A stretch of 64,000 nucleotides of DNA from positions 4,032,001-4,096,000 of the forward strand of contig OZ252100.1 in the NCBI GenBank assembly GCA_965248435.1, read 5' to 3'. The translations under genes were made by a program, and so were the position numbers. The notes beneath the pieces were generated by a model that was not told the origin of the DNA, made no database searches, and worked only from the letters and a program-made list of their open reading frames with translations. The stretch is from Candidatus Latescibacterota bacterium. Its GTDB lineage: Bacteria > Latescibacterota > UBA2968 > GCA-2709665. Shown here piece after piece: positions 36,115-46,020 of this stretch (positions within the stretch are counted from its first letter, which is position 1; each line of letters opens with the position of its first letter).

Positions 36115-37086
36115 CTACTGGCCATCTTCTACTTCACTGATGACGGTGAAGCGATCGACGACCTTGCCGGAGATGTCTTTGAACATAAAGTCGGCGCGGT
36201 TTTTCTGGCCGTCGACGTTGAAGACACCGAAGAGGGCGCCGTGGGTACCGCCGCGGTCGGCGGTGTGGACGCTCGCCCACCACTTGCCGAGGGGGTACTG
36301 CTTGCGCTTGCGGACGCTCTTCCCGCCCAGACCGGAGACGATGACGAAGGTCCGGCCCTCGGCGAGGCGGAGCGTGTCGGATTTGCTGGCGATTTTCCGG
36401 CGCTTGATGTCCTCGAGGAGATAGGTTCTGCCGTAGGTATGGTCGTGGCCCGTGGTGATGATCGCGCCGCCCAGCCTGGCCTCGCGGTAGACGTCCCAGC
36501 CGGTCGCGTTGGCGTTTCCGCCTATCTGCATGGGCCTCATGTTTTTGTGCCACGAGCAGATGCTCCATATGGAGCGATCGATCGCGAGGCTTTCCCGGAT
36601 GTAGACGTCGTGGTCGAAGCCGATCTCCCCGGGCGCGACGAAGACGAAATAGATGCCTTTGTAGTGGAAGCGGGACTGGACGCCGAGGTCGCCCTCCCAC
36701 TCGATGCCGAGCCGGTTGAAGCGACTCTCGATCAGCTGCTGATATCCCTTCGGGATCCTCCACCTTGACCGGTCGTGGTTCCCGATCACGGAGAAGTATG
36801 GAAAATCAGGGCCCAGGATCCCGTTGATCTGCTTCTCCCATTCAAGGGGTTTGTTCTTGTAGTCTAAGTCACCGGCATGCACCACAGCGTGGGCGCCTTC
36901 GGTTTTGATCATCCAGAGCACCGCCTTCGAGCTGGCGTAAAGTCCCTGGTCCCCGATGAAGGCGATCTTGAAATTCTCGGGCGTTTCGTCGGAGGTCTCT
37001 TCTGCGTGGGTCGGAAGCGGGGCGATCAGCAGCAGCAATAGAGCTGAAGCGACCCTCAGTATTCTTCTTGATGAATTGCAGCTCAT
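36115..37086 (-). CDS. Secreted calcineurin-like metallophosphoesterase
   Basis: Signal peptide, IGDQG, HAGDLDY, GNHD, GHDHTY. Confidence 0.85.
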   Translation of the reverse strand: MSCNSSRRILRVASALLLLLIAPLPTHAEETSDETPENFKIAFIGDQGLYASSKAVLWMIKTEGAHAVVHAGDLDYKNKPLEWEKQINGILGPDFPYFSVIGNHDRSRWRIPKGYQQLIESRFNRLGIEWEGDLGVQSRFHYKGIYFVFVAPGEIGFDHDVYIRESLAIDRSIWSICSWHKNMRPMQIGGNANATGWDVYREARLGGAIITTGHDHTYGRTYLLEDIKRRKIASKSDTLRLAEGRTFVIVSGLGGKSVRKRKQYPLGKWWASVHTADRGGTHGALFGVFNVDGQKNRADFMFKDISGKVVDRFTVISEVEDGQ

Positions 37087-37184
37087 TAGACCTAACCCCC
37101 CGGCCAGCGGCTCTCTAATTGCGGATTGCGGATTTGGGATTGCGGATTCAAAAGGCAGACCACGAAACGTGCTTGTGACTCCCC

Positions 37185-37350
37185 TTTGTCATTCCGAGCG
37201 TCAGCGAGGAATCTCAACAGGTAATGTGGCAGTCGTTACCTTAGGGAATGACTCAGTGAGGAGCTCTCTCTTGAGATCCCTCGTCGCATGGTCACTCTGA
37301 GTCTTACCGAAACTATGTTTATGTCCCGAAGGGCTCCTCGGGATGACAAA
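37185..37350. repeat. ~166-bp palindromic element, copy 2
   Basis: Same conserved blocks as 33526-33690. Confidence 0.85.
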
Positions 37351-37378
37351 TTTTGCAGTTGGGATGGGCGACGCATCG

Positions 37379-38143
37379 CTAAGAGATCAATCCATGTGTC
37401 CGCAGATAGGTGAGCGATTTTTCGATTCGCTGTTCCACGCCTTCGCGAGTGATTTCCTCTCCGCGGATGCCTTCGAGCTCCAGGGTATACGGGCCGTCGA
37501 AGCCCCGGGCACCCAGCATCTGAAATATCGAGGGGAAATCGACGATGCCCTCGCCGAGGGCGGGGAAGTGCCAGGACTGGTAGCCGCCGTCGGTATCTTT
37601 GAGGTGGACTGTGGCTACATATTCTATAATCTTATCCAGTTCTTGAACCGCGTCAACATCCCGGTTGTAGTAGTAGAGGTTCGCGGTGTCGAAGTTGATC
37701 GAGATGTTGGGATGGTTGACACCTCGCATGGTATGAAGCGCGACGTTCGCATTGGTCGCCAGATCGGGATGGGTCTCCATGACCACGACGATGTTTCGTT
37801 CGGCGGCCGCGTCACCGATGTCCTGAAGGCGGCCGTAGACGAAGTCGCGGCCGATCTCGCTGGAGTGCACGCTGGTGAATACAAGCGGTACGTCCATTTC
37901 GGCGACGATGTCGAGTGCCCTGGTGAATCGGAAGACGACGTCGTCGGCACCCATCTCGCACTGAACCATGAGGATGGTTGGCCTGAGTCCGTGGCGTTCA
38001 AGCTCCGCTCGCGTCGCGTCGACGTCCCGAGGCTCGGGGCAGGGGATCTCGACGTTCGTAAGCCCGATTCGAGCCAGGTGTGCGTAGGCCGTCTCTCTGA
38101 ATTCCCGGTAGCTGTTGAGGTTGCAGGCGATGATGTTGGACAT
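37379..38143 (-). CDS. Sugar phosphate isomerase/epimerase (xylose isomerase-like TIM barrel)
   Basis: METH, FDTAN, VHLKD, LGEG-x-VDF, TLELE. Confidence 0.9.
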   Translation of the reverse strand: MSNIIACNLNSYREFRETAYAHLARIGLTNVEIPCPEPRDVDATRAELERHGLRPTILMVQCEMGADDVVFRFTRALDIVAEMDVPLVFTSVHSSEIGRDFVYGRLQDIGDAAAERNIVVVMETHPDLATNANVALHTMRGVNHPNISINFDTANLYYYNRDVDAVQELDKIIEYVATVHLKDTDGGYQSWHFPALGEGIVDFPSIFQMLGARGFDGPYTLELEGIRGEEITREGVEQRIEKSLTYLRTHGLIS

Positions 38144-38147
38144 ACCG

Positions 38148-38615
38148 TTATTTCACGACGCGCACGATCCGGTCTCCTCGCGGGGGATCGAATCCGAGAA
38201 GGGCTTTTACGTTCGGAAGGAGAACCCCCTCGTTCAGGTTCGCGTCGACGATCAGAACGGCGGAGATTCGTTTGATTCGCGGGGAGGTGCGGAGGGTGTG
38301 CCGGACGGTTCTGGAGATCGCGTGGACGGTCTGCCGCGTCTGGCGGGTTCTGTCAGGGCGCTTCTCCAGAGCCAGTCGAGATGAGATGAAGGGTCCTTGC
38401 CGCGCTTCGAGTCGGGTCTCTTCAACTCGGTCGGCGTCCAACTCAACGGTGACCTGGATTCTGGCTCGCCCTGGACCGAGTAGACGGTCGAGAAGGGACT
38501 GGGTCTTCACTTCGAGACGCGAGGACGTTCTACGGGCAAGGAAGCTGTTTTCCGAACCGGCCCAGCTGGAGGAGGAGAACAAAAAGAAGAGGGTAAGAGA
38601 AAGGATCGCGCGCAT
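38148..38615 (-). CDS. Small secreted protein resembling the FliF C-terminal ring-building domain
   Basis: LLDRLLGPGRARIQVTVELD, IKRISAVLIVD, LGFD-x2-RGD-x-I resemble the YscJ_FliF_C pattern. Confidence 0.65.
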   Translation of the reverse strand: MRAILSLTLFFLFSSSSWAGSENSFLARRTSSRLEVKTQSLLDRLLGPGRARIQVTVELDADRVEETRLEARQGPFISSRLALEKRPDRTRQTRQTVHAISRTVRHTLRTSPRIKRISAVLIVDANLNEGVLLPNVKALLGFDPPRGDRIVRVVK

Positions 38616-38620
38616 CGGCG

Positions 38621-38848
38621 TCAGAAAAGCATTCGAATGAGCAGCGAGATCGCGATGAAGACGACAATGGGCGAAAGGTCGAGTCCGCCCATCGAGGGGA
38701 GGACGCGACGGATGGGGGCGAGCACCGGCTCCGTGAGGACGTAGAAGATCCTGACGAGCGGGTTGAAGGGGTTCGGATTCACCCAGGAGAGGATGACGCG
38801 GATGATCAGGACGTAGGAGTAGAGTTTCAGGATGGTGACGAGGAGCAT
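38621..38848 (-). CDS. yggT: YggT family membrane protein
   Basis: IRVILSW, LTEPVLAPIRR, GGLDLSP. Confidence 0.92.
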   Translation of the reverse strand: MLLVTILKLYSYVLIIRVILSWVNPNPFNPLVRIFYVLTEPVLAPIRRVLPSMGGLDLSPIVVFIAISLLIRMLF

Positions 38849-38859
38849 GCCTTCTCCTT

Positions 38860-39660
38860 CTATTGCTTGTCCTTCTTCAGGTTCTCTTCCAGAAACTTCT
38901 CGGTTCGGGACCAGGCCTTTTTGGCCGCCGCCGCGTTGTAGCGCGTTCCGGTGGGGTTGGCGAAGGCGTGATCTGCCTTGCCGTAGACGTGGATCTCGTG
39001 TGAGACGTCAGCTTTCTTCAGGCCTTTTTCGAACTCCCGGACGCGCGCGACCGGGATGCCCCGATCCAGCTCGCCGAACTGTCCGAGGACCGGACAGGCG
39101 ATCGTTTTGAGGATCTCCGGATCGGTCTTGAGACGGCCGTAGTAGATGACCGCGGCGGCGAGGTTCGGGTTGTGAATGGCCAGATTCAGCGACTGGGCGC
39201 CCCCGAAACACCAGCCGATGCTTCCGACTCGATCCCTGCTGACGAACGGGTGCGACTGGAGATACGTGACGGCGGCGTCGAGGTTCGCGAGCGCCGATTC
39301 GGGTTCCACCTTACGCATGGCCGCTCGGGCCGCGTCGGGTGAATCTGCGACCGTGCCTTCATAAAGGTCCACGGCCAGGGCCGCGTAGCCGTTCTCCGCA
39401 AACCCATCCGCCTCCTCTCTTATGTTGTCGTTCAACCCCCACCATTCGTGGATGACGACGAGGGCCGGGAAGGGGCCTTCGCCCGGGGGGAGCGCCATGT
39501 AGCCCTTGACTGCAGGTTTGGCGTCAAAATAAGAGACCTTCCCGGCAGAACCTTCTGCCGGGTCGTCTTCCGCGTGACCAGAGACAGGCCAGACGAGGAG
39601 CAGGAGAGCACCAGCGAGAAGGATGGGCGGTGTCTTGGGCCTCAAAAGAATGTCCTCCAA
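38860..39660 (-). CDS. Dienelactone hydrolase family protein
   Basis: IHEWWGLN, GWCFGG, HAFAN. Confidence 0.92.
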   Translation of the reverse strand: MEDILLRPKTPPILLAGALLLLVWPVSGHAEDDPAEGSAGKVSYFDAKPAVKGYMALPPGEGPFPALVVIHEWWGLNDNIREEADGFAENGYAALAVDLYEGTVADSPDAARAAMRKVEPESALANLDAAVTYLQSHPFVSRDRVGSIGWCFGGAQSLNLAIHNPNLAAAVIYYGRLKTDPEILKTIACPVLGQFGELDRGIPVARVREFEKGLKKADVSHEIHVYGKADHAFANPTGTRYNAAAAKKAWSRTEKFLEENLKKDKQ

Positions 39661-39854
39661 ATGTATATTTCGGACCCGAAATGCTGGAACGCAATAAAGT
39701 TACGTCATCGAAAGGAAAATGCAACTTGTTTGAGGATTTTCGCGAACAGTGCGGACTGTTCGGGCCTCCGGTGATAGATAGACAAAGATGGCGAGGACAT
39801 TTATATTGGTAAACAGCCTGGATTTGATCCTGAAGCTTTCAGACCGGACGGGAC

Positions 39855-40325
39855 ATGGAGACACAAACCATTTTTCTTGATGAACAGGACGCGCAGAAGG
39901 GTAAGCGGCAAGATGGGAAGCTGTTCTGGGTAGTTCAGTTCGCTCTCTGTATATGGATCGCTGCTCTGGCCGTCACTGTTCACTCCGATCCACATAGAAA
40001 CGTGCTCCGCGTGATTGCGCTGGTCTGTGTATGCCTAATGGTTGCAATCCTGGTCTTTCTGAGATTCTTCGTGTCTCCAACACGAAGACCGTTTATCACC
40101 TTTCAGGACGATCGTTTAGTAGTGAAACAGAGCCTCTTCAGGAAGGCACAACAAATAGCCAGGGATGAAATTTCCTCAGTGGATCTCCAACCCAGCGCTA
40201 TCGAAATCATTCCGAAAGATGCGGAGAGGGGCAAGATCAGACTCGAGATGATGTCATATGCAGTAAATCAAAAAGTGAAGGCGTGTTTTCACACCTATAT
40301 GGAAGATGGGGAGAATCGTGGGTGA
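39855..40325 (+). CDS. Hypothetical two-TM membrane protein
   Basis: Two hydrophobic segments followed by a beta-rich soluble tail. Confidence 0.6.
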   Translation: METQTIFLDEQDAQKGKRQDGKLFWVVQFALCIWIAALAVTVHSDPHRNVLRVIALVCVCLMVAILVFLRFFVSPTRRPFITFQDDRLVVKQSLFRKAQQIARDEISSVDLQPSAIEIIPKDAERGKIRLEMMSYAVNQKVKACFHTYMEDGENRG

Positions 40326-41742
40326 CGAATCGTTGGCGTTGGCTTCAGCGACCGATCTCCTGAAGCTGATCGCGACGAAACAGGTTTCACCAGTTGAGCT
40401 GACAGAGCTTTTCTTCAGCCGCATCGATCGACTGGACTCACAGCTGAACGCCTTCCTCGAGTTGGCCCGCGACGAGGCGATGGAGACAGCGAAGGCCGCC
40501 GAGGAGGCCGTGGTCCGAGGTGAACCGCTGGGACCGCTTCACGGACTGCCGATCCCGATCAAGGACAACCAGATGACACGCGGCATCCGGACGACTTCGG
40601 GATCGCTGGTGTTTAAAGACCGAGTGCCAGAGCGCGACTGCGCCGTGGTAGAGCACGTACGGAATGCCGGGGCTATCATCCTGGGCAAGACCAACGTTCC
40701 GGAGTTCGCCATGGTCGGCACGTGTGAGAACAGACTCGGCGACCCGGGAGGCAACCCCTGGAATCTCGAGTACACACCGGGGGGATCGAGCGGGGGCGCT
40801 GCCGCCGCGGTGGCCGCATATCTGTGTCCCCTGGCGACGGGCAGTGACGGCGGCGGGTCGATACGGATCCCGGCGCACTTCTGCGGTGTGTATGGCATCA
40901 AGCCGACGCAGGGCAGGGTGTCGGGCTTCACCGGTCTTAAGGGACCGCCCAAGCCTTACATGCTCTCGCAGAACGGGCCCCTCAGCCGCGCGGTGAGGGA
41001 TTCGGCGTTGCTCCTGCAGGTCCTGGCCGGTCACGATTCCAGGGACCCGACCTCGCTGCGGGAGGCACCCGGCGATTACGTCGCAGCACTCGACCAGGAG
41101 GTCTCGGGTCTTCGCGTTGCGTGGAGCCCGGACTTCGGGTTTGCGGACGTGGACCCTGAAGTCTTGGACGTCACTTCCGCTGCTGCTCGCGTGTTCGAAG
41201 AATTGGGCTGTCACGTGGAGGAATCCGACTTTGCGATGGATCCCCCCTACGACACGTTCGGGCCGATGATCGATGCGGACTGCTACGCCTCACTCGGTCA
41301 ATATCTGGAGCGTCACGGCGATCAAATGACCGAATTCGTCCGGTTCTCACTCGAACGTGGCGCCAGGGTCACCGGTGCTGATTATTCGAGGGTCCTGGGT
41401 CAAATCAACGTATTGCGGGCCCGTATGACGGATCTGTTCGAGGAGTTCGACCTCCTGCTTTCGCCGACGGCCTGTTTTCCCGCATTTCCCAACGGAGCGT
41501 TTCCCGGTGAAGTCTCCGGCAGATCGGCCTACCCCGAACAGTACTGGAACGGCGCGTTCACGCTGCCGATCAACGTGATCGGTCATACCGCGGCCAACGT
41601 CCCTGCAGGCTTCTCGAGCAGCGGTCTGCCGATCGGTCTTCACATCGTGGGCAGAAAGGGAGCGGAAGAGACGGTCCTGGCCGCATCGGCTGCATTCGAG
41701 CGTGCGAGGCCGTGGATCGGACGCAGACCCCAAGTGTCATGA
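40306..41742 (+). CDS. Amidase-signature family enzyme
   Basis: GPLHGLPIPIKD, GGSSGG, GSDGGGSIRIPA. Confidence 0.93.
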   Translation: MGRIVGDESLALASATDLLKLIATKQVSPVELTELFFSRIDRLDSQLNAFLELARDEAMETAKAAEEAVVRGEPLGPLHGLPIPIKDNQMTRGIRTTSGSLVFKDRVPERDCAVVEHVRNAGAIILGKTNVPEFAMVGTCENRLGDPGGNPWNLEYTPGGSSGGAAAAVAAYLCPLATGSDGGGSIRIPAHFCGVYGIKPTQGRVSGFTGLKGPPKPYMLSQNGPLSRAVRDSALLLQVLAGHDSRDPTSLREAPGDYVAALDQEVSGLRVAWSPDFGFADVDPEVLDVTSAAARVFEELGCHVEESDFAMDPPYDTFGPMIDADCYASLGQYLERHGDQMTEFVRFSLERGARVTGADYSRVLGQINVLRARMTDLFEEFDLLLSPTACFPAFPNGAFPGEVSGRSAYPEQYWNGAFTLPINVIGHTAANVPAGFSSSGLPIGLHIVGRKGAEETVLAASAAFERARPWIGRRPQVS

Positions 41743-41803
41743 AACCCGTATCTCGTATTTCGTATCTCGTGGGCCATACACGTTGGACGAGAGGAGCAAA
41801 GAC

Positions 41804-42541
41804 ATGAAATTGACGCAAGAGCAGATATGGTTTTTCGAACACAACGGATTTGTCGTGCTGCCTTACCGGCTGCCCGAATCGACCGTCGAAAAGATCAGGC
41901 AGGTTGTCCTCCGGGATATCGAAGCCGCGAAGGAGCCGATCGGGCACGATGAAGATGGCAATGTCCACCGGCTGAGCAACATCCTGGAACGGGATCCAAT
42001 CTTCTGGGAAACGGCGACGGACCCGGGGCTGCTGGACGGGTTGGAGTCTCTGATCGGGCCGAATATCGAAGTTATCCGAAATCGGCACAACCACGTGATG
42101 CTACGGACAGCCAGGGGCGGGCACGTCTACATGCACCGGGACGCGTTCAACTGGACGGCTTCGAGCGTGTCGGTGATCATCTACCTCGAGGAGACCAACA
42201 TGGACAACGGCTGCACCGAGGTCGTTCCCGGCACGAACCATTTGCCCTATGCGGAGCTTCCACTCGAGGAAAATGAAAAGATTCTGCGATCGGGTCTCCT
42301 GGACCAGCACGTGCGGGTGCCCATGAAGGTGGGAGGGATCCTGGCCTTGAACAGCATGACCTTTCACAGTCAGGGGCCGAACTTCACGGAGCGATCCCGG
42401 ATGAGCATCACGATTGGCTATCAGGGGGCCAACGAACTTTGCGGCGTGGAGGATCCGAAATCGACTGTGGTTCGCGGAGAGAACAGGTATCGAGGGAACG
42501 ACAGGGGGAGGACGGGCGGGCGAATTTCAGCAAAGGCGTGA
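41804..42541 (+). CDS. Phytanoyl-CoA dioxygenase (PhyH) family Fe/2OG enzyme
   Basis: LT-x-EQ-x3-F-x2-NGF, HRD, NGCTEVVPG, distal His, N-x4-R. Confidence 0.88.
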   Translation: MKLTQEQIWFFEHNGFVVLPYRLPESTVEKIRQVVLRDIEAAKEPIGHDEDGNVHRLSNILERDPIFWETATDPGLLDGLESLIGPNIEVIRNRHNHVMLRTARGGHVYMHRDAFNWTASSVSVIIYLEETNMDNGCTEVVPGTNHLPYAELPLEENEKILRSGLLDQHVRVPMKVGGILALNSMTFHSQGPNFTERSRMSITIGYQGANELCGVEDPKSTVVRGENRYRGNDRGRTGGRISAKA

Positions 42542-42557
42542 GGGGAAGGATCACTCT

Positions 42558-43619
42558 GTGGATTCATCGCGTTCTGTCGAGCACAGGAAGACGGCTCGCA
42601 GCGTCGGGCTCAACTATGTGACGGACGGCCTTCCCGGCATTACCCGACGACGAGCGGGAAAGGGTTGGACGTTCTTCAGGCCCAGCGGCGCGCGGGTCAC
42701 GAACCCCAAAGAGCGAGAACGCATCAAATCGCTCGTGATTCCACCGGCGTGGACCGATGTGTGGATCTGCCCGGATCCGAAGGGCCATATCCAGGTCACG
42801 GCACGCGATGCCAGAGGCCGAAAGCAGTATCGCTACCATCCGACGTATCGCGAGGCGCGTGACAAATCGAAGTTCCGTCATCTGTTCGAGATGAGCGAGG
42901 TCCTCCCTGCCATCCGGGAGCGGGCGGAGCGCGACCTTCGGGCACCGGCGCTGAGTCGGCGCCAGATTCTCGCCACTGCTGTTCAGCTGCTGGATATGAC
43001 GCTCATCCGCGTTGGCAGCGACGAGTACGCGAAAGAGAATCGATCCTTCGGGCTGACGACGCTACGTGACCGGCACGTGCAGGTGGACGGGGCCAACCTG
43101 CAGTTCAGCTTCCGAGGAAAGAGCGGCGTTCAGCGCGCGCTGTCGATTACGGATCGCCGGATCGCCCGCATCGTTCAGCGGTGCCGGGACCTCCCGGGAC
43201 AGGAGCTGTTCCAGTACGTGGATGGATCGGGGCTTCAGGAAACAATTACGTCAGACGACGTGAACGACTACCTCAGGAAGACCTCGGGACTTCATATCAC
43301 GGCAAAGGACTTCCGGACCTGGGGCGGTACGATACTGGCGGGTACCGAGTTGCGCGAGATGGGCCCCGCGCCGAACGAGCGCAAGGCGACGCACAACATC
43401 AACCGCGCGATCGATGTGGTGGCCGAACGGCTGGGGAATACGCGCACGGTCTGCAATAAGTACTATGTTCACCCGGCGCTGCTCGAGGCGTATCTCCAGG
43501 GCTTGACTGCCGGACCCTCCGTGAGTGCTCCGCCTCGAAAGACCCGACGCAAGCGGCGTGTCGCTGCGCTGCGGCGGGACGAGGTGGCGATTCTGCAGTT
43601 TCTCCACGACTTGGAGTAA
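42558..43619 (+). CDS. DNA topoisomerase IB (bacterial/poxvirus type)
   Basis: IPPAWTDVWIC, GRKQYRYH, IRVG, FRGKSG, KDFRTW, LGNT-x2-VC-x2-YY. Confidence 0.95.
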   Translation: MDSSRSVEHRKTARSVGLNYVTDGLPGITRRRAGKGWTFFRPSGARVTNPKERERIKSLVIPPAWTDVWICPDPKGHIQVTARDARGRKQYRYHPTYREARDKSKFRHLFEMSEVLPAIRERAERDLRAPALSRRQILATAVQLLDMTLIRVGSDEYAKENRSFGLTTLRDRHVQVDGANLQFSFRGKSGVQRALSITDRRIARIVQRCRDLPGQELFQYVDGSGLQETITSDDVNDYLRKTSGLHITAKDFRTWGGTILAGTELREMGPAPNERKATHNINRAIDVVAERLGNTRTVCNKYYVHPALLEAYLQGLTAGPSVSAPPRKTRRKRRVAALRRDEVAILQFLHDLE

Positions 43620-43627
43620 GAGACCTG

Positions 43628-43794
43628 TTTGTCATTCCGAGCGTATGCGAGGAATCTCAACAGGCAGCGCATCAGCCAATACATCTAGATAAGGGATCAC
43701 GAGGTACCATAGTGCTGAGATTCCTCGTCGCTGCGTCTATCTGCATTCGCTATGAAATCGAGCTCCGACTCTGGAGCGCTCCTCGGAATGACAA
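43628..43794. repeat. ~166-bp palindromic element, copy 3
   Basis: Same conserved blocks as 33526-33690. Confidence 0.85.
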
Positions 43795-43800
43795 GCTCGC

Positions 43801-45180
43801 TTGGAAGGGGAAATATTGAGACCACTGGACGTTCAAAAGCGATGTGAGCTTCACGTCCATCCCGGCGGTTGTTTTACCGCAGAAGACGTGGCGATGCTGG
43901 GAAGAGATGTCTATCGGGAGGTGGACTGGACACTCTACTGCGATTCTTACGAAGAGGCGTTCGGCACGCGTCCGGATCCGCACGCGATGTTCGAGGCTGT
44001 GGCGGCAGATGAATCTGGGAGTCTGGATCGCTTTCGAGAGCAGTTTGTGGTTGGCGAGCGAGACGGGGGGGACTTCGCACGGTTCCAGGCCAAGTTCAGG
44101 TTTGTGATCTGTCTCTACCGATACTACCTGGAGTTGCCCTCAGGATGCGAGCAGATGATGGAATGTGTGATCGACCGACATCGTAGCGAGGGCTTGAACT
44201 ATGTAGAGTATCGCGGTAGTCGTGACAGTCGGGATGACGAAGAATTCCTTTCGTTTCATGGCGTGAACGCGATGACGCTCCAGGACGCCTCACGAGATAA
44301 TTTTACGCTCCGCTATATCGTTTCCCTGCGACGATGGGCTGCACTCGAAGACTACGCGCTTGTGCAACGCCTGATGGATGAATGGCCGGAGCTGATCCCG
44401 ACGATCGTGGGTGTGGATTTCTGCTTCATTGAAGAAGGATACCCGCCGAAAAATCTACGCCCGTTGTTCGAACGGGTGTTTGAAGACAATAGAAATCGCC
44501 CGGAGCGCGCGTTAGGCATCGTCTACCACGTCGGCGAGTCCTACTTCGACAAGTCGCTCGAGAGTTCGATCCGATGGTGTCACGAGGCGGCTGAGATGGG
44601 GGCAGATAGGTTGGGGCACGCGACTGCCCTGGGTCTCGACCCCGCGGCAGCGATTGCGAGGCGCCCTAAAGCGCACGAGGTCGAACTGGTGAGCGAGCGT
44701 ATCGATCAGATCGATTATGACCTGAAGCACTGCAGAGCGCTCGAGGCTTGTGGGATCGTCGTCGACCCCGTTACGCTGCAGAAGGAACGGGTTAGATTGC
44801 GGAGTATGAACCTGGAGGAAAGCGTCGGACGACGGTATGACGATGCTCGAATCGAGGAGAACCGAAAGCGACAGCGTTTCGTGCTGGAACATCTTGCCGA
44901 TCTTGGGACCGTGGTCGAGAGCTGTCCGACGTCCAATCTCACGATCGGCGCCGTTCCGGACGCGGCCCATCACCCCGTTCATCGCTTCCTGAGCTCTGAC
45001 GTGAACCTCGCGATCTGCTCGGATGACCCCGGAATCTTCGACGCTCCGCTCGAGAGTGAATTGGACTGGGTGCTGGACCATTCGGAGATGAATGCCGGCG
45101 CGCTGGAGAAACGTCTCGGGGATCCGCTCCGGTTCAGGCTGGATAGAAACAGAAGCGCAAGTGCTGGAGTAATGGAGTAA
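43801..45180 (+). CDS. Adenosine/AMP deaminase-like protein
   Basis: ELHVH, YVEYR, HVGES, RLGHA, ESCPTSN, SDDPG. Confidence 0.82.
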   Translation: MEGEILRPLDVQKRCELHVHPGGCFTAEDVAMLGRDVYREVDWTLYCDSYEEAFGTRPDPHAMFEAVAADESGSLDRFREQFVVGERDGGDFARFQAKFRFVICLYRYYLELPSGCEQMMECVIDRHRSEGLNYVEYRGSRDSRDDEEFLSFHGVNAMTLQDASRDNFTLRYIVSLRRWAALEDYALVQRLMDEWPELIPTIVGVDFCFIEEGYPPKNLRPLFERVFEDNRNRPERALGIVYHVGESYFDKSLESSIRWCHEAAEMGADRLGHATALGLDPAAAIARRPKAHEVELVSERIDQIDYDLKHCRALEACGIVVDPVTLQKERVRLRSMNLEESVGRRYDDARIEENRKRQRFVLEHLADLGTVVESCPTSNLTIGAVPDAAHHPVHRFLSSDVNLAICSDDPGIFDAPLESELDWVLDHSEMNAGALEKRLGDPLRFRLDRNRSASAGVME

Positions 45181-45274
45181 TGGAGTAATGGAGTAATGGA
45201 GTATTGGAAATCTTAGGCTAAGGTAGTGCTGGGGTTTACTGCAATACTCCAGCACTCCACTACTGCAATACTCC
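45165..45274. repeat. Octamer (TGGAGTAA)n array with inverted partner
   Basis: About five direct units at 45165-45208; inverted units at 45242-45274. Confidence 0.85.
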
Positions 45275-45344
45275 GGAATCGGGTAACCGGTAACGTTGCA
45301 AGTAGCAATTCTATTACGCAGTGCTGGAGTTCAGAGGAGACAAC

Positions 45345-45896
45345 ATGCCGATTCTCACATCGTGTATCGCGGTGATGGACGCGGGTCGAATCCTGCTCGC
45401 TCAACGGGAAGACTTCGAAATCTGGAGCCTTCCGGGCGGCCACGTCGAAGACGGCGAGTCGGTTGCGGAGGCTGCGATCCGAGAGGTGAAAGAAGAGACG
45501 GGCGTGGATGTGGTGCTGACAGGACTCGTGGGCATCTACTATCGCCCACAGGGGTGGAGTCCCGGTGGAAGCCACAATGTCGTTTTTGCGGGGAAACCAA
45601 CAGGTGGGACGCTGACCCCCCAGAGCGATGAGGTCCTCGACGTTGGGTATTTTGCGCAGGATGATCTCCCCGACCCGCTCTTCTGGGGTCACCGGCAGCG
45701 AATCCTGGATGCAATGAACGGCGTCGGCGGAAGCGTCGCATGGACCCAGAATACAGAATGGCCTTTTGACCAGAACCTGGACCGCCAGGGGATATACGAT
45801 GCACGCGACCGGTCAGGACTCACGAGGTTGGAGTTTTATCAGAAGCATTTCGATCGACCAGGACCCGGAGGAGACGTTCTGGAAGTGGGTAGATGA
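45345..45896 (+). CDS. NUDIX hydrolase
   Basis: PGGHVEDGESVAEAAIREVKEETG Nudix box; AGGAG Shine-Dalgarno. Confidence 0.93.
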   Translation: MPILTSCIAVMDAGRILLAQREDFEIWSLPGGHVEDGESVAEAAIREVKEETGVDVVLTGLVGIYYRPQGWSPGGSHNVVFAGKPTGGTLTPQSDEVLDVGYFAQDDLPDPLFWGHRQRILDAMNGVGGSVAWTQNTEWPFDQNLDRQGIYDARDRSGLTRLEFYQKHFDRPGPGGDVLEVGR

Positions 45897-45908
45897 ATGT
45901 TGGGGGAA

Positions 45909-45943
45909 TGGAGTAATGGAGTATTGGAGTATTGGAGTAATGG
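45909..45943 (+). repeat. Octamer (TGGAGTAW)n array
   Basis: Four units read directly. Confidence 0.85.
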
Positions 45944-46020
45944 AAACCCAAGGCCAGGCTACTGGTTCTTCCAAGATTTGGAGCAGAGGCCGTCACACCG
46001 AAACGCCAAGGAGTTCTGAT

